64,000 bases of DNA, taken from Lentimicrobiaceae bacterium. Its GTDB lineage: Bacteria; Bacteroidota; Bacteroidia; Bacteroidales; UBA4417. Location of the stretch: positions 3,030 through 67,029 of the forward strand of contig JAPXLB010000004.1 of assembly GCA_033809755.1 (NCBI GenBank), given 5' to 3'. This document shows positions 53,728-61,700 of the stretch, piece by piece (within the stretch, counting starts at the first letter, position 1; each line of letters opens with the position of its first letter). A program made the translations under genes and the position numbers. The notes beneath the pieces are model-generated. The model worked only from the letters and a program-made list of their open reading frames with translations, was not told where the DNA came from and ran no database searches.

Positions 53728-53889
53728 ATTATTTTTTGCAAAGATATGTTATTTTATTAATAATGGCTTTTTATTTCTTTATTTTAAATATTGTGTATTT
53801 TTGATGAAAAATAACAAAGTGTTATTAATCGGCACGCATGATGACTATTGAAGTAACGATAAGTATAAATCACATAAAATAATATCAGT

Positions 53890-56100
53890 ATGAAAATTAA
53901 AGTATTCTTTAAACTAAGTTTTTTGTTTTTGTTTGTTGCGATTGCTCAAACTGCTTTAGGTCAAGATAATAAGAAAGTAATTGAATTTGACGACATTTTC
54001 AAAAACCGCACTTTTTATTCACCTGGAATTAGAGGTTTCAATTCTATGAACGACGGAATACATTACACTGCCTTTGATTATAAGACACAGCAAATTGTGA
54101 AGAAAAGATTCGACAACGACGAACTTGTCGATGTTTTGTTTGATGCCGGAAAGTTTAAAGAACAAATTGCATATGTAGGCACGTACAGTTTTAGTAAAAG
54201 CGAAGATAAACTTTTGATAGCCTCCGATATTGAAATGATATACAGACGCTCTTACAAGGCAAATTTTTATGTTTACGATGTAAAGAAAAACACTCTAGAA
54301 AAATTATCGGAAAATGGTAAGCAACAATTGGCGACTTTTTCACCCGACGGAAACAAGGTGGCTTTTGTGAGAGACAATAATCTTTTTTATAAGGATATTG
54401 TATCGGGTAAAGAATTTCAAATAACAAACGACGGTAAGAGAAATGCTATAATCAACGGTGCACCCGATTGGGTTTACGAAGAAGAATTTGAGTTTAGCCG
54501 TGCCTTCGATTGGTCGCCAAACAGCGAAAACATAGCTTGGATTAGATTCGACGAAAGCGATGTTCCGGAATTTAGCATGTACATGTATCAAGGTCAAAAT
54601 CCGTCTCTCGACGAATATAAACTTTATCCTGGCATGCAAACATTTAAGTATCCTAAAGCAGGAGACCCAAATTCTTTAGTTTCGGTAAAAGTGTACAACA
54701 TTAAATCGGGCAAAGTTATTAATGTGGATGTAGGACCCGAAACCGACCAATACATTCCACGCGTTAGGTTTACCAACGATGATGCGAAATTGGCTGTATA
54801 TAGGTTAAACAGATTGCAAAACTTTTTAGAAATATTGATTGCAAATCCAAATACAGGTGCTACAAGTCATTTATACACCGAAAAAAACGAACGTTATATT
54901 GATGAAAAATATTTCGACCAAATTTTGTTTCTCGATGATAACGAGCACTTTATCATAATGAGCGAAAAAGAAGGATACGCTCAATTGTACTTGTATCAAA
55001 TGGACGGAAAACTCAAAAACAAAATAACCGAAGGCAATTTCGATGTTACCGATTTTTACGGATGCAATCAAAAAGATAAGATTGTGTATTTTCAGGCAGC
55101 ATTGCCAAATCCTTATCAAAGGGAAGTCTTGCAAATAAATCTCGACGGCAGCAATATGAAAAAATTAAGTACCGACGATGGCGACAACTATGCTTATTTT
55201 TCCGCTACTTACGAATACTTTTTATTAAATCATTCTTCTGTCAACGTGCCGCCAACATCGGTTATGTACGATAAAAACTGCAACAAGATTAGAACCATTA
55301 AAGATAATGACGAGTTAAAACAATTAGTAGATCAATACGAAATATCGTACAGAGAGTTTTTTAGTTTCAAAACTTCCGAAAATGTTGAATTATACGGTTG
55401 GATATTGAAACCTTACAACTTCGACCCTAACAAAAAATATCCTGTATTTATGACTCAATACAGCGGACCTAATTCTCAGAGTGCGACAGACGAATGGACT
55501 ATTAATTGGGAAAATTATCTTGCAGCTAACGATTATATTGTTGTTTGCGTTGATGGCAGAGGTACAGGTGGAAGAGGCGAGGAGTTTCGCAAATGCACCT
55601 ATTTGCAGTTAGGTAAGTACGAAACAATAGACCAAATAGAAACTGCTAAGTATCTTAAAACTCTTCCTTTCGTCGATGGCGATAGGATAGGGATTTGGGG
55701 CTGGAGTTTTGGCGGATATATTTCTTCTCTGTGTATGGCTAAAGGAGACGGGATTTTTAAAATGGGAATAGCAGTTGCACCTGTTACTAATTGGCGTTAT
55801 TACGACAATATTTACACTGAAAGATTTATGAGAACTCCGCAAGAAAATCCCGACGGATACGACGACAATTCGCCATTGAATTTTGCCAAAGATTTTAAAG
55901 GTAAGTTCCTTATGTGCCACGGCACCGCCGACGACAACGTTCACGTGCAAAACACTATGGAATTAGCCGAAAGACTTGTGCAAGCCAATTTTCAGTTCGA
56001 TATGCAAATATATACCAACCGAAATCACGGCATTTACGGAGGTAATACGTCATATCACCTCTATACCAAAAAGGTAAACTTTATTTTTAATAATTTGTAA
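53890..56100 (+). CDS. Dipeptidyl-peptidase IV (peptidase S9B)
   Basis: 736-aa ORF with a signal peptide, an N-terminal beta-propeller region (INGAPDWVYEEEF) and a catalytic triad context (GIWGWSFGGY, HGTADDNVH, NHGI). Confidence 0.9.
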   Translation: MKIKVFFKLSFLFLFVAIAQTALGQDNKKVIEFDDIFKNRTFYSPGIRGFNSMNDGIHYTAFDYKTQQIVKKRFDNDELVDVLFDAGKFKEQIAYVGTYSFSKSEDKLLIASDIEMIYRRSYKANFYVYDVKKNTLEKLSENGKQQLATFSPDGNKVAFVRDNNLFYKDIVSGKEFQITNDGKRNAIINGAPDWVYEEEFEFSRAFDWSPNSENIAWIRFDESDVPEFSMYMYQGQNPSLDEYKLYPGMQTFKYPKAGDPNSLVSVKVYNIKSGKVINVDVGPETDQYIPRVRFTNDDAKLAVYRLNRLQNFLEILIANPNTGATSHLYTEKNERYIDEKYFDQILFLDDNEHFIIMSEKEGYAQLYLYQMDGKLKNKITEGNFDVTDFYGCNQKDKIVYFQAALPNPYQREVLQINLDGSNMKKLSTDDGDNYAYFSATYEYFLLNHSSVNVPPTSVMYDKNCNKIRTIKDNDELKQLVDQYEISYREFFSFKTSENVELYGWILKPYNFDPNKKYPVFMTQYSGPNSQSATDEWTINWENYLAANDYIVVCVDGRGTGGRGEEFRKCTYLQLGKYETIDQIETAKYLKTLPFVDGDRIGIWGWSFGGYISSLCMAKGDGIFKMGIAVAPVTNWRYYDNIYTERFMRTPQENPDGYDDNSPLNFAKDFKGKFLMCHGTADDNVHVQNTMELAERLVQANFQFDMQIYTNRNHGIYGGNTSYHLYTKKVNFIFNNL

Positions 56101-56105
56101 ACCTT

Positions 56106-56582
56106 TTACCAAGTACTAAAAGGATGCTCCGATAGGTAAGCATTCGTGTATCTTATATCTTCGCTGACTTCTCTACCAAACCAACTTATGTCGGGGATGG
56201 GTGCATCTTTGTCGCTAAGTTCTATTTCTGCCAGAACTAAACCTTTATTTAAGCCCTTAAATTCGTCAACTTCTACAATAAGGTCTTGAATTTTTACTGT
56301 GTGGCGAGTCTTTTCAACTAATTCGTTTTTATTGCAAGCAGACAAAAGCGATTTCGCATCGTCTATATCTATATTTATTTCCCATTCTTCGCGCTCTATT
56401 AAGCTACCGTTTATTGGCTTTTTGATATTGATGTTGGCTTCGTCTCCGCATATTCTAATTCTTATAGATACTTCAGAATTATTGAACAAGTAGCCTTGAA
56501 TCATATCGTAACTACTGTCAACTTTGTCTTTGTAATCACCATCAACTATAAATTTCCGTTCTATTTCAATTGTTTTAGCCAT
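56106..56582 (-). CDS. CYTH-domain protein (CyaB-like adenylyl cyclase / triphosphatase fold)
   Basis: 158-aa ORF starting IEIERKFIV (ExExK signature). Confidence 0.85.
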   Translation of the reverse strand: MAKTIEIERKFIVDGDYKDKVDSSYDMIQGYLFNNSEVSIRIRICGDEANINIKKPINGSLIEREEWEINIDIDDAKSLLSACNKNELVEKTRHTVKIQDLIVEVDEFKGLNKGLVLAEIELSDKDAPIPDISWFGREVSEDIRYTNAYLSEHPFSTW

Positions 56583-56957
56583 ATTGTTGCATTATTTGTT
56601 TGTAAAAGTAAACAAGTTGTCTGATAAAGCGAGTTTTATGAGAAAAATATAATCTATTTATATCCAAATTGTTCAGTATATACCTTTATAGAGAGAAGTG
56701 GAAATTTTAATAATTTCAGTATAATAAAAGAAAATATATCTTAGCATTATAAATCGATATTTCCCAATTTGATATAGTGAGTAGGATGCTAAAAACGAAT
56801 AGAATTTCCAAAATTTTGTTTAATAACATGCTAATCAAAGCTATAACAAATTGTTATGTGTAATAATTTGTAATTATTTTAAAACTCGGTATTTATTTTC
56901 TTTGGAAATGTTATTTTTGTGGTTATTAATTTATAATTCATTAAATATTATACCATT

Positions 56958-58262
56958 ATGCACAGTGTATCTACAGACTATAAATTAAAATCGTACAGAA
57001 CAAAAACAGTTTTTGAAGATACAGGTTGGTTGTTATCCGAACCTTTTGAAGATGAACCCTCATTGATAAGGGCAATTTATTCAGAAAAACAATTAAATCT
57101 AAAAGACGACTCGTACGGTTTGTTTAAGTACGCCGATTGGTTGCCTGTTAGAAGATATATGGAAGGCTCATCTGCACCGGTTACTTTTAAAAGTGAAGGC
57201 TTGGCAAATTATTTAGGACTACCTTATTTATATATAGTATTCAGTGGTTGGTATCCAAAAATAGGAGCAAAAATGCCGACTTGTTCTTTTAAAGAAACAG
57301 AAGTTTACCCGGTTTGTGCTAGATTAGACCAGTCCGTTAAAGATAAAGTTATGGTTGTTGCTTCGGCAGGAAATACAGCAAGATCGTTTGCGAAAGTGTG
57401 TTCCGATAACAATATCCCATTGCTTTTGTGCATGCCTTTATCGCGTATAGATGCGTTGTGGTTTGATAAACCGCTTAACCCTTGTGTTAAATTAATATGT
57501 ACACCCGAAGGATCTGATTACTATGATGCTATTTATTTGTCAGAGGAAGTCTGCAAAAATGAAATGTTCTTTGCAGAAGGAGGAGCTAAAAATGTTGCTC
57601 GTAGGGATGGTATGGGCACAACTATGCTTTCGGCGGTAACTCACATTGGCAAAATACCCGATTATTATTTTCAAGCCATAGGTAGTGGAACAGGTGCAGT
57701 AGCTGCTTGGGAAGCAAACTTGCGTTTTATTGAAGATGGCAGATTCGGCTCTAATAAAACGAAGTTAATGCTCTCTCAAAATATACCTTTTACCCCAATG
57801 TATGATGCATGGATGAATAAATCTAGACAAATCCCCGAAATAGACCCCGAAAAAGCAAGACTTCAAGTCAGTCAAATTTATTCTAGGGTTTTGTCTAACA
57901 GAAAACCACCGTATGGTGTGCCTGGCGGATTATTTGATGCAATGGTTGATACTTCGGGAGAAATGTTCGCAGTAACTAACGAACAAGCTATCGAAGCCTC
58001 TGAGATATACGAAAAATACGAAGGAGTTGATATACATCCCGCGGCAGCTGTAGCCTTAGCTTCTCTTATTCAAGCCAAAGACAAAAACATGTTAGATATT
58101 AATAAAAACATTCTTCTTAATATTACCGGAGGTGGAGAAAAATTATATTTTGAAGAACGCAAAAATAAATTAAGCTTTCTTGAACCCAGATTTATCCTCA
58201 AAGCCCCTAGTGAAATTAATGAAGTAGTGGATAAATTAATTTATGAATATTCAATGTTGTAA
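56958..58262 (+). CDS. Threonine-synthase-like fold-type II PLP enzyme, probably cysteate synthase
   Basis: 434-aa ORF with PTCSFKETE (PLP-Lys SFK motif), ASAGNTARSF and GSGTGAVAAW. The overall N-terminal layout resembles proteins annotated as cysteate synthase in Bacteroidota. Specificity cannot be read from the sequence alone. Confidence 0.55.
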   Translation: MHSVSTDYKLKSYRTKTVFEDTGWLLSEPFEDEPSLIRAIYSEKQLNLKDDSYGLFKYADWLPVRRYMEGSSAPVTFKSEGLANYLGLPYLYIVFSGWYPKIGAKMPTCSFKETEVYPVCARLDQSVKDKVMVVASAGNTARSFAKVCSDNNIPLLLCMPLSRIDALWFDKPLNPCVKLICTPEGSDYYDAIYLSEEVCKNEMFFAEGGAKNVARRDGMGTTMLSAVTHIGKIPDYYFQAIGSGTGAVAAWEANLRFIEDGRFGSNKTKLMLSQNIPFTPMYDAWMNKSRQIPEIDPEKARLQVSQIYSRVLSNRKPPYGVPGGLFDAMVDTSGEMFAVTNEQAIEASEIYEKYEGVDIHPAAAVALASLIQAKDKNMLDINKNILLNITGGGEKLYFEERKNKLSFLEPRFILKAPSEINEVVDKLIYEYSML

Positions 58263-58270
58263 AAAAACTT

Positions 58271-58312
58271 ATGTCGCCTATATCTCAAGATATAGGCGAC
58301 ATACTTTTTATT
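58271..58312 (+). terminator. Rho-independent terminator
   Basis: Perfect 14-bp stem atgtcgcctatatc / gatataggcgacat with loop tcaa, followed by actttttatt. Confidence 0.75.
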
Positions 58313-58799
58313 AGTTATATCTATTTATTTATATTAATTAATGTTTATTGAAGAGTTGAAGTATTGTTGAGAAAATTTTCCTTACAACTTAATGTAGGTT
58401 TTAATTTTTTTATTGAATTAGAAAGCCTACTGATTTTAGGTTAAGGAATAGTTTCGACCACAAGAATGTTAACTTCACTTAAATTTTTTATTAAGTTCAT
58501 TTTGTATTGAAAAATAAATTAATTTTACAATAGGATGCGATTTTGCTTTAATCAAAAACCTAGCTAAATAATGCTACATATGGGGTGTTGCTAGACAAAA
58601 TTGCAAAAAGATAACTAATAAAAAAATGAAAAATAAATGAAAAAATACCGACTGTCTCAAATTTGGAAATTAGCTACCATAATGGGAAAACCCGTGATCG
58701 AGTCAATAGTGAGCTGGTAATCAGATTGATGGACAAGAAAGTTTGTTAAATTATAAAAAAGAAATAAAAAAGTAGAAAAATTAAAAATACAATAAAGTA

Positions 58800-61700
58800 A
58801 TGAAGAGACTATTACTACCGTTTTTATCCTTAATCATGCTTATGTTTGCTACGCAACTAAGCTATTCACAGTGTAATATTACTATTGCAGAGCCTGATCC
58901 GTTAAACGTTATAATTAGTGGAACAACTACTATTTGTAGTGGGAATACTACAGTTATAACGGTTAAACTTGAAGGAGGGACGCAACCCTGGCATATTTCC
59001 TATCCAGGTTTGGGGCTTTCATCTGAAGAAATTTATGATACAGATGGAACTGATGATAGTACTTTTGTACACACGTTTACAACACCTGTTTTAACGAACA
59101 GTATTACATTTAATTCGTCAAATGTGGTGGTCACAGATGTCAATAGTTGTACAGCGAATTATACAGGTGCAGCTATTGTTACAGTCAACCCTCAGGCAGA
59201 AATTTTTGCCGGTGCTGACGCGACTATTTGTGAAACAGGTACTTATTCTTTGTCAGATGCTACATCAAGTAATACCTCTTCATTGCTGTGGACAACAAGT
59301 GGCACTGGTACCTTCAGTGATAATACTATAACAAATCCTATCTATACTCCAAGTGCTGCTGATATATCAGTAGGCACGGTAACATTAACCTTAACAGGTA
59401 AAGGTCTAGAATCCTGTGATAATGTAAGTGATGTTATGACATTGACCATCACACCTCAGGCTACAATATTTGCCGGTGTTGACGCGACTATTTGTGAAAC
59501 AGGTACTTATTCTTTGTCAGATGCTACATCAAGTAATACCTCTTCATTGCTGTGGACAACAAGTGGTAGTGGAACCTTCAGTGATTCTACTATAATAAAT
59601 CCTATTTACACTCCAAGTGCTGCTGATATAACAGCAGGCGTAGTAACCTTAACCTTGACAGGAAAAGCACAATCACCCTGCGATAATGTAAGTGATGTTA
59701 TGACATTGACCATCACACCACAAGCTACAATATTTGCCGGTGCTGACGCGACTATTTGTGAAACAGATACTTATTCTTTATCAGATGCTACATCAAGTAA
59801 TACCTCTTCATTGCTGTGGACAACAAGTGGCACTGGTACCTTCAGTGATAATACTATAACAAATCCTATCTATACTCCAAGTGCTGCTGATATAGCAGCA
59901 GGTACGGTAACTTTAACCCTGACAGGTAGAGGTATAACACCATGTTCTGACGTAGTAGATAAAATGACTCTGAAAATAGGTGTTCAACCAATTGCTGTTA
60001 ATGATATTAATAGCACCTTGCAGGGAGTAGCAGTATCAGGTAATGTTTCTACCAACGATATTCCTAGTCCTGGTGACGGCAACGTTTGGAATATATTAAC
60101 TCAACCCTCTGAAGGAACAGTGGTACTTAATGCCGATGGTAGTTATACCTACACACCAAATGTTGACTTTATAGGTAGTGATTTGTTTGCATATTTATTA
60201 TGTGATACAAATAGTACATGTGACTGTGACACCGCTTGGGTCAGTATTGCAGTGATACCGGCTACACCGGTAGACACTAATCAACGTCCAATCGCTTTGA
60301 ATGATACTTATGTCACCTATATAGGCACTACTTTATCTGGCAATGTCTTACATAATGATTACGATCCTGATGGAGATGCTTTGACAGTTTCTACAATTCC
60401 AGTAGTAGCCCCATTACATGGAACTTTAACACTAAATACTGATGGTACGTTTACTTACATACCTACTCCAGGCTTTGTAGGAGAAGATAGTTTCACTTAC
60501 CGAGTATGCGATGATGGTACCCCAAGTTTATGTACCGAGGCTGTCGTTAGTATTATGGTTATAGACAATGTAGGTGTTAACACCACTTATGCAATGGATG
60601 ACATGTTCGTAACAGACTATAACACCCCATTATCCGGCAATGTATTAGACAACGACTACGATTTAGAAGGCGATGCTCAGACAGTAACTACAACACCATT
60701 GTCAGGCGTAAGTAATGGAACTTTAGTCTTGAACTCAGATGGCACCTTCACTTACACCCCGGCAGCAGGATATTTTGGGCCTGATCAATTTGTTTACCAA
60801 GTATGTGATAATGGTTCGCCTGTTGCATGCGATTCTGCCACAGTTTATTTAGTAGTTAAGGTTAACGAAGCACCGATTGTTGATGATGTAGAAGTTTCAA
60901 CACCCGAAGATACTCCTATCGAGATATGTCTTGATATAACAGATGTCAACTCAGGTAGTACGTTTACAGCAAGTGTATGCGGCGATCCTGTCAATGGAGT
61001 TATTAGCGCACCTGTTGTAAATAATACAACAAGCCAGGTATGTTTCACTTATACACCAAACGCAAACTTCAATGGGATTGATAGTTTATGTATAGAGGTA
61101 TGTGATAACGGACTTCCAATCTTATGTGATCAAGCAACGGTTACAATAATAGTAACTCCTGTGAATGATCCACCTGTTGTGTTTAATGAATATGAAAACA
61201 TATGTTCTAACACAGTACTAGTTTCCACTGTATTTAACGGAGATTATGATGTTGATTCTACCGATTTGTTTGTAGGTAATATCATAAGGGATGGTACGTA
61301 TGGTAATATTATAATAACAGATGCAACTATAGGAACGTATTCTTATACTGTTAATACAACAATAACAGCTACGGTAGTTGACACGGTAGTAGTTGAAATA
61401 TGTGATAACGGAATTCCATTACCATCACTTTGTACAAACGATACAATATTTATTACTATTTTCCCTGAAGCAATAGTAAACGCAGGTGCAGATGCTACAA
61501 TCTGTGAAACAGGCACTTACAGCTTATCAGATGCAACCGCAAGTTATGTAGATGCAGTAGTGTGGACAACAAGTGGAGACGGCACATTCAGCGATACCAC
61601 TATATTGAATCCGATTTATACTCCTGGTGCAAATGATATTATCGCAGGAACTGTAACATTGACATTGACAGGTATGGCCCAGACAGGATTTAATAAAGCC

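Noticed and set aside
56583-56957. Possible riboswitch or leader in the 375-bp spacer upstream of the cysteate-synthase-like gene.
   Set aside because: I could not recognise any conserved riboswitch core (SAM, TPP, T-box, etc.). The region is uniformly AT-rich with no convincing helices.
58639-58722. 27-codon ORF (MKKYRLSQIWKLATIMGKPVIESIVSW) in the 537-bp leader region before the giant gene.
   Set aside because: It is too short and has no supporting signal. I cannot distinguish it from chance in AT-rich DNA. It would need ribosome profiling or conservation evidence.
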